The notes: generated by a model not told the origin, from the letters alone. A stretch of 64,000 nt of DNA from Trichoplax sp. H2 (GCA_003344405.1 NOWV01000279.1:1-64000), one strand, 5' to 3'; counted from the stretch's first letter, positions 1 through 16,226 are shown. A program made the numbers and translations.

Positions 1-955
1 AGGCTTGTTCATTCTTTTTCCAGTCATTCGACCATTATTGCAATATTATCATTGATTTGGAATATTGGTATTCTATATGTACTATAGATATTATATAGAG
101 AATATATATATATATTATGTTTATATATAATTATGTATATAATACATAATATTGTTATACATTATATTATATTAGTATATAATATATATATATTCTCTCT
201 CTATATAATTATATATTATATTGTATTATATTAGTACATTATATAGTATATAGTGAAAGTTGATTGAGTAGGCTATAACTTGATTCAGTTGGGCCAAGAA
301 TGTGCAGACTAGTTCATTCTCTTTCTAGTCTTTCGACCACCATTGCAATATTATCATTGATTTGGTATATTGGTATTCTATACGTACTATACATATATAA
401 TTATATGTTATATTAGTATATTATGTTAGTATATTATGTAGTTTATAGTGAATGTTGATTGAGTAGGCTATAACTTGATTCAGTTGGGCCAAGAATGTGC
501 AGGCTTATTCATTCTTTTTACGATCATTGGACCACCATTGCAATATTATCATTGATTTGGTATATTGGTATTCTATACGTACTATATATATATAATTATA
601 TATTATATTATATCAGTATATCATGTTAGTATATTATATAGTTTTAAGTGAATGTTGATTAAGTAGACTATAACTTGATTCAGTTGGGCCAAGAATGTGC
701 AGGCCTGTTCATTCTTTTTCCGATCATTGGACCACCATTGCAATATTATCATTGATTTGGTATATTGGTATTCTATACGTACTATACATATATAATTATA
801 TGTTATATTAGTATATTATGTTAGTATATTATGTAGTTTATAGTGAATGTTGATTGAGTAGGCTATAACTTGATTCAGTTGGGCCAAGAATGTGCAGGCT
901 TATCCATTCTTTTTCCAATCATTCGACCACCATTGCAATGTTATCATTAATTTGC
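1..955. repeat. Tandem array of ~195-200 bp units (about 4.5 copies, truncated by window start) with a variable AT-rich linker
   Basis: Core TTGATTGAGTAGGCTATAACTTGATTCAGTTGGGCCAAGAATGTGCAG recurs at ~260, 455, 655 and 850. The first unit is ~305 bp because of a (TA)-rich expansion. Confidence 0.95.
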
Positions 956-1630
956 AAGTGCGAACAGAGTGGTGATGTCGTGTTGTAGCATGGACTACTC
1001 AATCAATCCAGGGATAGATTGAATAAGTAATAGTCCTTGCGATTGATGCAGTACATTAGCCCATGACTTTACTTAGTAGCCAACTAGCATGGACTACCAG
1101 GAGAAGTGCTAACGGACTTGGAAGACTGCTGTTATCCACTTTACTGTAAGCTATCTGCGTCAGATTTGGATAGTCCAAGGTAGAAGAGAAGACTTCGTAT
1201 CGTCAAGCCAGATATAAAAATCACCTTCACGATCGGACAGACAGACCATCGACACACTTGCCGGGTGCACGCACGCTCCAAACAACAGCTAAATTAAATC
1301 TCATCAAGTCTCCGTCGCCATTTGCATCCGAGCATTCTATCTCAGGCTATTAATGGCAATTTGACTGATTTTAAATGAGAATATTGATGAACAATTGCAG
1401 CTTGTATTGGCAAGTTTAATGGAATAAACTAATAGTGGATTGGATAGCCACATTTTCAATCACCATTTGCCCACAACAACCTATTGTCATCCATTGCAGT
1501 TGCCCCCTCCTGTTGCCTTTCCATGCCTTTTTTAAAATTTGCCGGGCTTTTTTACTGCAGCTAGAGATATTTCAATTTGTCCATTTTACAACTGCAATTT
1601 TACCTAGTAAGTTGATCACAGACACCATCC

Positions 1631-4600
1631 ATGAACAACGTCATCGTTGAAGCCAACGTGAACGCTAAATGGAGTGGCTTTAAAGAACTAGGATCGGCGT
1701 GGAAGAATTATCATTTACAAATTATCAAATTAGCGGGAAAATTATGTTGTCAATTGAAAGCCATCCATGACGTGGAAAAAAAATTTGTGGTAACTACATC
1801 AATAAGAATGATCATAAAATTGTTCCCTTGTAGTCCATGTAGAATGTTAGTAGGAATAAACCGTCTTAGTCTATGAAGAAAGTCATTATCGATTGATCTA
1901 TCTCTATCCATACTCACAGTCTGTAGACATTGCTGACATTCAAGGGATTGATTGCTATAATATCCATTGAATTTTCAACGCGGCGTTGTCAATAATAACA
2001 TGATGTTGCTGACGAAAAATATCTCCTTTTTTGCTTGTTGTTTCGCTAAAGTAATATCATATAGTGCATTCTATACTTGTACCATGTTAGTGTTGCCCAT
2101 AGCGAATCTCATCCATGACGATGGCATCGACTATGGCTTGTTCGTACAGACCTGTGCATGTTTCGAAGCAAAGAGTAGTACGAGAGTGAAGACAGAGAGT
2201 AAACATCCACTATTAGCATACAGTAGACTGCCTACTAAGCGCTGCCTAAGATTAGCAAGGTGCAAGTTTCTTTCTAGTAATCTAGGCTGGATTGTTACCC
2301 TCGGATAGTGTGCTAGAACATTTACACCATGACCATGCTCTCGACTAGGCTTCATCAAGAAGAACGGTAGCATAGATTAACACCTTCACCACTACGTCTT
2401 CCTGACATTGGGATACCTTGAATACGATCGCAATGGATCATGACAAGGACGCTTTTTCTAGTAAACCCTTGCTCAATTCCACTCGTATTCACACAATTTG
2501 ACCTAATAAACTGATTAGATGAACCAATTTGCTGGCATGATATTATTTCAATCACCTTTCTGCAGTAAACGCAGACAGCAGTGGACGAACACATTCCTCG
2601 AAAATATTAGCAACTTAATACATAGCCATGAGTCAATAATAACACTGTATAAAACATAAAATGAACGCAATCGCTCGACTACATTCTACTTGAAGGGTTG
2701 CTTAAAGATTTCAAACATCAAAACTATTACGCAGTCTTGAAATTCTCAACCACATGCTTAATTCATGCCTAGAATACATCAGTGAATCGACATGTGTTGC
2801 ATTTCTGTCCTATATTGCCCAATTCAATTTGCTTGTACCGGTTACATTGAAAATATCATTTCTACTACAATCTAGTTGTCAGGCAACATCAAATCGGTGA
2901 CCCACTCGGCATCTGGTTGTATTATTTCTTTACAAGATCAAAATCAAATTGTCTTACGATGCCATTCCAAAAGTGGTCATAATGAGTTGGATAAGATTGT
3001 ACACACATTACGAGATATACAAGAAGGGAAATTAAAAGGTAGGTGCCACTGTATTGATCTTCAATATGCAACAAGAGTTGAAGTAATTTACTAATGCCAT
3101 ACGTGTTATTGAATCCTATCCGTAATGTAGCATGTGGCCTAATGTCCGCTCGTGAAAGGTCAAATTGTTCAGATCTTATGAATGTTGCCAATTCGCCCAA
3201 GATGCACAACAAAGTACGTTCAACATAGACTTAGCAATTCTATCTTGGATATTCTTCTTATTGCAATCTGGTAAAAATTCTAATTCAAACAACGCATATT
3301 GATAGGCTTTAGAGTCATTCAATGATCAGTCTTTAATAACTACTACTGTATCTAAACGCAACTGGGATCGTTCAGACAGCAGCAAGATCAATCATGCTCG
3401 TCATTATTTGGTATCGTCTGCAGCGGCTAGGTAAAATGAGGCAATCATTTGTTACACTATCTTCGTATCCTGACAGTGATGCCAACTTTAAATTCTTAAT
3501 TGCATTCTAATTTTGGAAAGCATTTGAAAGATCGTTAAATGTAGACTTGTTTACGGCTAAGCATGAGCGATTGGCGTTTATGTAGATCCTCACTACTTAA
3601 CGTTTGATAAAATGAATCTCTTTATTGAATTATGGGCTCAGTGATAGGTCTTCAGTGAATGCTGTTCCTGCTCAAGAAAAAAATGGAGCTACCCCACCTT
3701 CTCTCAAATTAAAGACCAAGACGAATCGGAAAGCTTTGCACTCTATCGACCAGAATATCCGTCGTAATGTATCACCGCTGGCAAGTCAAGTTGGTTTGCG
3801 CCATAGTAATCAAGGTAGTTTAAGTACTGGTTGTCTGAATAAATTCCTAACCAGCAAAAGGAAAATATTATCAGATGCGTAAGTGATCAATAAAAATCTT
3901 AAAGAACTGCATGTCTGTACATGGCAATGCTAAGAGGCTCATACAAAATAGGAATAGTAATACTTTACTATCTTATCCTATCAACTTTTTAAGGAGAACA
4001 TTTTACTCTTGTGCTATTAATTTCCCTATTGCCAACGCAATGCTAATAACATACTAGAATTAGTAGCGACGTTCTATGGAGTCGCCTATTAATTCCAAAT
4101 TTTCATAATCTAATTTCTCCTGCGCTGCTTAGACGAAATCAGACTGAATCATCAACACCGAAAAAGTTTTGTAACTATCAAACTAGTTCGTACTCAGATT
4201 CGAAAATTGTTCGAAAGAATTTAAACATGGTCTGGGATAATTCTGATGCAGACAACAAAAAGTTAAAGGAAATAAAAGGGTTAGGCATGGATGTCATGAC
4301 ATAAGATTAACTTTAAATTAGAATGCCTAATAACGAACGGCTTATTATTTTACAAGGTTTGCGAATGTAGGGAGAACTTGCTACATGAATGCAGTATTAC
4401 AAGCTCTTCTCGCTTTACATCCGTTTTTATGTGATCTTGAGAATAAGTTCCTTCAAGATGGTGCTACTGATGACTTTGTAATTAGGTACGTTCGACCTAC
4501 AGCCATTTGCAGCGATTACTTATCAACGTCATTGCTAATTTCTTATCGAATTCGATGATACAGGATTTTAAATACCTTAGCTTCTGATAGAAAGGCATCG

Positions 4601-7592
4601 AAATATGTTGACCAATCAACAACTTTGACACAGCTGAAAGAGACCATTGGTAACTTTAATCAGTATTTAAAGGAATACGTGCAACAGGTTTGATTTGCAA
4701 TAAAAGTCCAACAATTTATTTCTAGAACACGGTGCAATCATGCCCGTAGACTTTCTGCTGTATCTTATTAAATAACTTAATCGCTATCATCCTTACGAAA
4801 TGCTCAGGATGCTCATGAATTTCTAAGCACCTGTTTGGATAAAATCAAGGAAGAAACCAAAGAAGTAGCATTGCTTAGCGTAAAAGATGATGTAAAAATT
4901 TATAGACTGCATATTACTATTGCTTAGCTAGCATGCTTATCAATTCTATTGATTGCTAATTTTTGCGTTCGACTATTGTTCATTTTTGATATCAGCAAGC
5001 GGATAACGTTTCCGAACTTTGTCCAGTTACTCTTAATTTTGAAAGTTTATTTATCCGTCAAACAACTTGCAATTTGTATGTCCTAGACTTTTCTATACTA
5101 ATGAACGTAACATGGAATAGTATAAATGTAGTAATCGTATTTGTATCATATTATTTTACTGACTAGATGTCAAGGCGGTTCTAAATATAATGAGCCACAT
5201 CTTATTATTAATCTTCAGCTACCGGTATTGGATTCGTAAGTAACATTTTAAGCTTACAGTATCGTATTGTATACAGTTACTGTAATTCATTATCATATAA
5301 ATAATATGAAAATATGATTGTTGCTATGCTTGCGTATGGGCATTTTAGGCTAACTTCAACTACTCCAAATGAAATTTCTTTACAAGATTTGGTTAAGAGC
5401 GCGTTTGAGGTATTATTTGATATCCCTTGTCCTCATTAATTTACCTACAGTACGATGTAATTTTTACTCAATATGATTAAACCACTTGAAAAGGATGAAC
5501 AAGTAAGTTGCACATGTGATTTATGTAAGCGAAATTGTACCACAAAATGGTCATACAGATGGAAGAAATTGCCAAGGTAATTTACAATCCCATCCAATGC
5601 ACATTGTGTACGTTGAAATGAATTTTTTTAAGTGATGTAATCATACGCTACAGTTGATCAAGCTTTTACAAAATAGTATTACCTGCAATTAAAACAATGT
5701 CGTTAGACTACATAGGTTGTGATATTCTTTAATTGTTTACTCGAAATCAGTATCCTCACCTACTAAGGGTGTCATTATAAATGCGCGAAAAATGGATTGT
5801 TTATGCCTACGTAGCTATTTAATATCAACTCGCGGTACAAAATAGATCAATGTAGTCATTTCGATCAGGTCATTATACCAATTTAGCAACTAGTGAGTCG
5901 CTTTCCTTTGAAACTTTGTAGATTGATGGAGACTAGTATACTCCATCTGATTAATATCATTATCACCAATGTAACTAGAGCAAACATTAATTTACAGGAT
6001 CCTAATTTTACATCTAAAAAGATATGAATACAACAAGAGTTATAGTATGTATAGGAAGAGAAACGATTCCGTTGCTATTTCTAGGTATCTTTCTGTTGGT
6101 AAGTCTAAAACAAGACATTTAATAAAATCAAATCATTGGTAGTATTTTTTTGTTAGTTTATTGCTAATTCAAGGACAAAATCTGATACTATTCAATGTTC
6201 GATATAAGATAACGAAATTTAGAAGTGATAGTATATCCTTATGTGATGTAATACTTGATACAGACGTGCACTTTTCAAGTGATCTTTATCAATTTTACAC
6301 TAACAGAACCATTTTGTGATGAAAATCCGAACATCTTTACTGTACAGAAAGCTTCTTCCGAATTGGCTGTTATGAGGTATTACGACGAGCTATCGATGCC
6401 AAACTAACTCAATACAATACAATCTGATCAATGATGATATTAAACTATGTATATTTGAATTGGTTGACATCAAGCTCTGGGTCGAATTATTGTATTTAAA
6501 CTATTGAAATATTTTAACTAGGAAGAGCATGGTTGCTATGGATAACCAGCCATCCGTTCGAAGACAACTTAATTTGGAGAACGAGTTACCTCCTGACACG
6601 TTAGTATCTTTACTTTTTGAGGATCATTGACTTCTTTAACGGTTATTGTGTGTGCACTAAATTGTAAAGTAATTTTTGTCGTTGATTACTATTATTGCTT
6701 AAGTGAACTGAGGTGAGATTAATGGAGTATTTAATGGTTTAGGGCTAATGGTAATACCAATTTGGGGCAAGATGGTAACCTTCAATCAAACGAGCATCAA
6801 GTAAATATGGTGATTTTTTTGCATTTAAAAATTTTTCATTTCTGCTGCTTCTGTGTGCCTTTATTATCACGTTTAATTTTATGATGTGGTGATGTGTGCA
6901 TATCTAATGGTCATTGTGAATATCTTTTTAAGGTGAAGAAAAATTCCGAACCAGTAAAGACAGAAAACGTTATGTCAAAGTTTAATTATAATTATCGATT
7001 CATGGGCGTTATAAGTCACAAGGGGCAATCAGTGTCTGACGGTTGGGATATAATTTTTGATTAGACGACGTATGTTCAGGGTATTCATCCATAAACTAAT
7101 AGAACGGCTACTTTGAATGATTATGGATTAGGTCACTATATTTGCGACGTCTTTGATCACTATAATTCAAAGTGGATTTCTTGCGATGACTCGATTCAGG
7201 ATGAGGTCTGTTGTTATTTTTTGATAGTGAAGTATGCCTAAATATAGAAATCTTACTTAACGTAGGAAGATGACAATATTTGGTTATATTAATAATTGAT
7301 GTATAATACTACTTTGTACGCGTAGATACAGTTCATTAATATTCCTGTACTATGTTATTGTACGCATATGGTGAGTCTACTTTTCCATTCTATTGAAATG
7401 CCAATTATTTGTTGGTAAAGTAAAATCGTAGCGCATTAGTTATTGCTTTAAACTCTCTTAAGTTAGACATAAAAATCGTTTTAATGGTTGTACATATTAA
7501 CTTTATTGCAGACTACTGAGAGTGCTGTTATCAATGAGAGGAGAAGAATAGGCTGTATCTTTTTCTATACGGCTTGGCTTGATGACTTGTAG
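1631..7592 (+). CDS. USP37: Ubiquitin-specific protease, USP37/USP26/USP29 type (N-terminal PH-like domain + USP catalytic domain), 19 exons, ~672 aa
   Basis: In-frame GT-AG exons at 1631-1789, 2876-3038, 3313-3430, 3648-3878, 4133-4279, 4357-4485, 4564-4687, 4808-4891, 4996-5075, 5167-5235, 5349-5409, 5494-5576, 5998-6098, 6307-6376, 6522-6599, 6743-6800, 6933-7041, 7132-7205, 7512-7592. Cys box GFANVGRTCYMNAVLQAL, QQDAHEFL, LPRILILHLKRY, His box VISHKGQSVSDGHYICDVFD, WISCDD, GCIFFY. The N-terminal FVLSGNIKSV..IISLQD resembles the USP37 PH domain. Confidence 0.88.
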
Positions 7593-9596
7593 TCAAGTGG
7601 TTAGATGATGAATCCTGTAACTTTATGGCAGTAGTAAAGACATCTTAAATGACTAAGGAAGTCAATTCTTTGTCATTGACATTCAGTTGTTGGATCTGAC
7701 AAATATAAGCAATGTGTAAATACTGTGTCAGCGATCTAATACGCCACTACCTCATATATTAATTATCATTCGATTGGTGCTAGCTTCAATGTTACAACTA
7801 TACGACATGTCTTGTCGCTATTTCTTATTCAACCGCGACTCCATATTGACTTTAAAGTCGTCTGCTATATCAAATAGTGTATTGCTGATAAAAGCTGTTT
7901 AATACAATTTATGGATAAATTGGTGATATAAGGATGTGGAGTGCATGCCACTCGGCTACATCGTTTTTCCAAGGTAAAGCAAGTATTTTAAGATTTTGTA
8001 GTCCGTATTGGTTAATACCTCTTTACAATCAATCAAATCTACATGAAGTAATTCAGTATAAGGGAAAGATTGCCAGGATATCTTTGTATGTATGAAAGAT
8101 GAAACTGTTTTCTAATTATACGCGTATGTTGGTATGTCCTCGTCTAGAATACGATTTTTCCGAGATATTTTATGACTAGTAATTGGATTACTGGCACTTT
8201 TAATTCTCTTTATTGCCGTAGGCTCAATTGATGTGCTCCTACGATTGTATTAAAATATATTGATAGATCCAATGGGATCCAATATGATTAGGGTTAGAAA
8301 AGAATTGAAAAGACGTAATTGTTTCTTAATTTGATGTGAAATAAAAATTTAGAAATTTATCGACAGTGAATAACTTGTCTCAACTTGTTGATCGATTACT
8401 AATGGTTTACCAACCACTGGCATGACTTGTATAATAGTCAGTGCTGTGCAAGCGTTCTTATTGATACTTACTGTAGCGCATTTTAACAATTTAAATAAGC
8501 CACCTTAGCTTGTTGGCGTGATCCCCCAATTTTTCCTAGTTTCTGTTGTTGAGTGAGAAAATACGACATATATCGAAGGTGATGCATGTCTTTCAAATTT
8601 ACACGGTAAAAATACTCGCATGTCATTCTTGACTCAGTAAATTGCGTAGTCGTTTATCTTGTTATTAAAGTGCTGCATTGGTGCTGCAATTATGCCAATT
8701 GTATCCCTCTTCCATTTCACACTGTTTCATGCTTGTATACCTTTATTTTTAGGAAATAGGTTAGTACCAAGTCCTTCATAAGACGAATTAACACCGTGAG
8801 TAAGCGCACAGTGCTAGTGTGATACTAGCTACATGTATACTTTATTTACTCGTCATCGTTGGCGATCAATATTATAACATTGTATGCCTAGACTGCATGC
8901 TCAATGCACCGATGAATAATTATGATGATTGATTGACTAGAACAGTATAATATCATGTTATTCGTATTTTTAAAGTTTATACATGCTTGTACATGTTTTC
9001 ATTACGTACTCCTTGAAAAGGATTTCGTTGTACTTTATCAATCGATCGCTCTACAAATAACCTGTAACACATGCACAATCCTGTTTGGCGTTTGCAGGCA
9101 TACCGAATATAGGAAGGGCCATGCTATGGCTTTGAAAATTTCAATCACTTATTGAAGTACTGTATATCTAGTGTAAATGCAATTATGCATGCCTAGAGTG
9201 GGAACCAAAGCATGGACAGGTGTAAGTACAGCATGCATAATTTAGTCAAAAGCATCGGATAGATTGCTTGCCTGGGTTAAGGGAGAAACGTTTCTCTGTA
9301 AGCTATATCATGGACTTTTCGCACTATCTTCCAGTAGGATATTTGGAGAAGTCTATGGCCAATTGGCCATACATATTGTACTGGTAAATGTCCATTGTAC
9401 GTATATATGTTATATATGTAGAACATATGTGTCAACTGTTTACATATTGCAATGTCCGAACATCGGTAGTGGGTCATTACACTGACTATGATGGACCAAT
9501 TTCCCATGAATTGCGCTTTATTCTGCCTTACTATGTCGTAGGAAATACTTAAAATCACCTTTAATCAATGACTATTTCTTCTTTTCAAATCCTATC

Positions 9597-9950
9597 ATCA
9601 GCCAGTTGAATGCTGTACATTAGAGGCTTTCTGTTACAGTCAACTAGTCATCAAAACGCCAATAGCGAAGGATGGCAGTGAAAAGAGAGGAAAAGCAGGG
9701 AGACAAGGACCACTCTAGGATTTTTTCTCCCCTGACATCTCCCTTTATAAAATACTTTATTTTAGTATAGGGATCAGCCAGTTGAAAGCTGTACACTAGA
9801 GGCTTTCTGTTACCGTCAACTAGTCATCAAAACGCCAATAGCGAAGAATGGTAGTGAAAAGAGAGGAAAAGCAGGGAGACAAGGACCACTCTAGGATTTT
9901 TTCTCCCCTTACATCTCCCTCTATAAAATACTTTTATTTTAGTATAGGGA
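9597..9950. repeat. Two-copy direct tandem duplication, ~176 bp unit
   Basis: ATCAGCCAGTTGAA..CTAGGATTTTTTCTCCCC..TAGTATAGGGA starts at 9597 and again at 9773, with few substitutions. Confidence 0.95.
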
Positions 9951-10029
9951 GATGACAGCGGGGGAAATTTCTTAAGCGATCCCTAGCCCCATCATCAATA
10001 TCATTAATCGCAGTAATCCCCCAGTGTGT

Positions 10030-10615
10030 TGATACAGGACATTCTAATAGTACACACTACACAGGTAGTGAGATCAACAAAAGGGAAGCCATTGGCATTT
10101 TTTTGGTTATTGTTAGTATAGGACATTTTAATTGTACACAGGTAGTGAGATAGAGAAAAGGGAAGCCATTGGCATTTTTTTGGTTATTGGTAGTACAGGT
10201 TTAGTGAGATAAATAGAAAGGGAAGCCATTGGCATTTTTTGGGCTATTGGTAGTTCAGGACATTTTAATTGTACACAGGTACTGAGATAGAAAAGGGAAG
10301 CCATTGGCATTTTTTTGGGTTATTGGTAGTACAGGACATTTTAATTGTACACAGATAGTGAGATATAGAAAAGGGAAGCCATTGGCATTTTTTTGGTTAT
10401 TGGTAGTACAGGTAGTGAGATAAATAGACAGGGAAGCCATTGGCATTTTTTTTCCTTCTTGGTAGTACAGGACATTTTAATTGTACACAGGTACTGATAT
10501 AGAACAGGGAAGCCATTGGCATTTTTTGGGTTATTGGTAGTACAGGACATTTTAATAGTACACAGGTAGTGAGATATAGAAAAGGGAAGCCATTGGCATT
10601 TTGGGGGTTATTGGT
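10030..10615. repeat. Minisatellite, 8 copies, mixed ~77 bp and ~59 bp units
   Basis: GGGAAGCCATTGGCATTTT at ~10083, 10160, 10220, 10295, 10373, 10431, 10508, 10584. Short units lack the ACAGGACATTTTAATTGTAC segment. Confidence 0.95.
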
Positions 10616-12419
10616 CGTCCAGTCGTCCAGTCGCAAAACGTACTGTGGACTTTACACTGTACTCTTTACTTGACACTGCCCTGTACAGAGTACAATGTAC
10701 TGTATGGACACAGTATGCAAAAGGTTTCCTTTGTAATGGACTGCAGGTGTAGCTGGCGTGCAGCTTTTTGTCTCAAGTGAACGTCACTCGCAGGAGAGTC
10801 TGTCGTGGAAAACGTCACTCTCCTCGCCATCCGTCCCTGCACGTCTTTGGCCATTTTCTCCATTTTTTCATTTTCACTGGGCCAAGAAATTCATTTTGTA
10901 GGACAACAACTCCTTGTCCAAAAGCTATTTTCTTCCATTCTATATCTTGCTACCAAGTTTAATGTCTCATTCTGTTTATGAATGATAGAAAATTGGCAAG
11001 AGTAGAGAGAGAGAGAACAATTTCTTAGCGCAGGAAACAAAATTACCAATCACTCAAAGTAGTCCAATTGGTAGAAAGCGTACACTACGCCACAGGAGAA
11101 GACGACGTCCCTTTCAACACAACTGAAGAGGAAAGCATTTTCAGTGGCAAAGCACCTGGCCGTCATTAATCCATTCCTAATTTGGGGGATTTTGTCTTTG
11201 AACTCTCATCAACAGTGAACAATTTAGGATTAAAGCCATTTGAATGAGTGGTTGCAATCCTTTTCCCATTGAAAGTGTTGAATTGAGACCAATTGATTGA
11301 TTTCAAGGCAAACAAATTATTCTTTCATGCTGTTGTAGAGTGTCAAGACCAACATTAATTATTCTTTTTTCAAGCACATTTTTATTCCTTCCAATACCAA
11401 CGGCTATCAGCTTCCTTTTTCAATCAGAAGAAAGCAAAGTTGAATGAAAAAATTTTGCAACAAGACCTGGGCATTCTTGGTCAAAGAAAATTGCTACTTC
11501 ATTTCAATCGAGTACATCAATACAAGGACATTCAGGTTGGTATCGTCGTCGTCCATGAATTGGCGTCCAGTCCACGTATACAGTATACATACAGTAGAGA
11601 GAGAGAGAGACAAATCAATACCCAAAATGAATGAAAGATAAATGTCCTGTACAAAGTCAATCCTCCTCGACAAAAGTAGACAATCTTGTTAACACTAAGA
11701 TTGCCTAACCTATTCAAATTCAATTTAATCGAGACGACCAGTACATCCATTATTTTTCTGTGATAAACGCATGGATGTCAACAGGAGAAAAATACTTTAG
11801 TGTAGACAAGCGAATGCAGTCATCATCATCAGTCACGGATCGCGGTAACCATTGACTTGGGATGAAATATTCATTCCAGCCTGGATAGCCGGTCTTTCCT
11901 TCCATGTTATACAGTAGAAAGGAAAAGTAATACATTGAAAAATTCCCTCCACGCTTTTGTAATCGTAACCATAGATAGAATGAATACACACTATCATTAG
12001 TCAATCATTGACAATACCATCAAATACCACTGTATTCCTTCTTGCTAGAACAAGAATCAATCAATCATATTTAGTATAGTTATCTCCACATCCAATGGAT
12101 TGCAACTGCACCAAATTGGAAAAAGGAGTTCAATCTCGTCTTTCTACTTGAATCCAATAGCTAGTAGCGAAATAAAATTGATCGATTAAAGCGTAACTTG
12201 TACCAGCAGGAACGCTCTTATTCACTTTCATTATTGTAATTGTACAAGCGAGAATCAAAGCCCATCCATGCATACTAATACAGTAGCTGTTCATATCTTG
12301 ATGTTACATCACTAAGCAATCAATACTGTACTAAGATACATCACCTTGACTTTAACTTTTTCTTTTCCCCACACTCAATCAACATAGAGCAAAACGAACT
12401 TGTGCTATCAGAAACGCTC

Positions 12420-15002
<2,583 letters not shown>

Positions 15003-15936
15003 AGAAATTTTTTATTTATTCAATCGCCTTACTGGTACTCCGTATCAACAAAATGTGGTAGTAATGTTGAAATGTTGCTACCAATGTACTTACTTGTATG
15101 TACTTAAGATTGTTGTGAAATTCAGCACTTAATTTATTAAATACATTATCTATCCTCGTAGCATAATTTTCATTATAATAATCGATATGGTTGGTTATAT
15201 TGAAAAACTGACCAACCTAATAAGTATATACAGTACTGTTTCATGGCTACCATAAAGCTACAATATTTATCGGTTTGCTGTACTAATTACTATATGAAAA
15301 ATATGGTAACAACAATAAACTTTCTTCTAAATGTTAAAATACGAGTGTGTACATTATAAAAATGTAAATTTTTCTTTTCGATATTGCTATCGCTAGCCAA
15401 TTTTGATAGGTGCATATAGATAAAATTCTATGGTTCTATATTAGTACTAAAGTGGTTCAAGCATTGTATGATTGCGATGCTAACTTGTCTTTATTAGCAG
15501 TACTCGAGGATTTCTACTGCTAAAACGTGTCCTCTCAGTATTTTGGTAATTACAAGAAGTAAATGCTAATAGTCAGATAATGGATATTTATATTCCAACA
15601 TTACAGACACTGTACTAAGACTACTGTCAAATCGTAGACGTGGTACACTATGCAAGTATTTACCACATTGAACGTTGCACAGATAGGTATTGAAAACGTA
15701 TCAATACATCTTCTTGTTAAGTTAGCGGTAATAGGGACAATGAGAAGTAAATATAGATTTTTCCATTAAAACTAATGTAAAGACCAGGCAACATTTATGT
15801 TGGCGTTGTTTTACTGCACTGTAGAAGTTAATTACTTACATGCATCATGTGTTACGAGGATTTAATGAGAAAATATTCAAAACACTTACATAAATCGTTC
15901 TCTATTAGATAGCATTATTAAATTAAATAATTTATT

Positions 15937-16226
15937 CTGCTATACTAACATTGTATATTCAAGCCAGTGTGATACGACAATATAGACCAATAAAATTAGT
16001 TAAAATTAAACCAGGTATATAACTTGATAGTGATCACATCATACTCTTGCATTTCTCCGCTAAGAATACCGCTGTAAATGCTGCTATACTAGCACTGTGC
16101 ATTCAAGCCAGTAGTGATTCGACAACATCGACCAATAAAACTAGTGAGAATTAAATCTGGTGTATGACTGGATAGTGATATCAATATACTCTTGCATTTC
16201 CCGCTAAAGAATACCGCTGTAAATGT
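15937..16226. repeat. Diverged two-copy tandem duplication, ~143 bp unit
   Basis: TGCTATACTA..TTCAAGCCAGT..GACCAATAAAA..ATACTCTTGCATTTC..AGAATACCGCTGTAAATG occurs twice in succession. Confidence 0.85.

Noticed and set aside
1967..2594. ORFs on both strands inside USP37 intron 1
   Set aside because: Short, with no recognisable domain or consistent splice structure.
6532..6546. X-box-like GTTGCTATGGATAAC
   Set aside because: Lies in a coding exon far from any evident TSS; probably coincidental.
9354..9371. Perfect 18-bp palindrome TATGGCCAATTGGCCATA
   Set aside because: One palindrome of this length is not unexpected in 64 kb, and there is no supporting context.
10030..10615. CRISPR-like appearance (constant palindromic core at regular spacing)
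   Set aside because: The intervening sequences are copies of each other rather than unique spacers. The context is eukaryotic and there are no cas genes.
10128..10636. Four overlapping minus-strand ORFs (MPMASL.. repeats)
   Set aside because: By-products of the minisatellite; frames shift with the poly-T lengths.
11090..11540. Possible pseudogene frame with scattered stops
   Set aside because: No recognisable homology; more simply explained as UTR or intergenic sequence.
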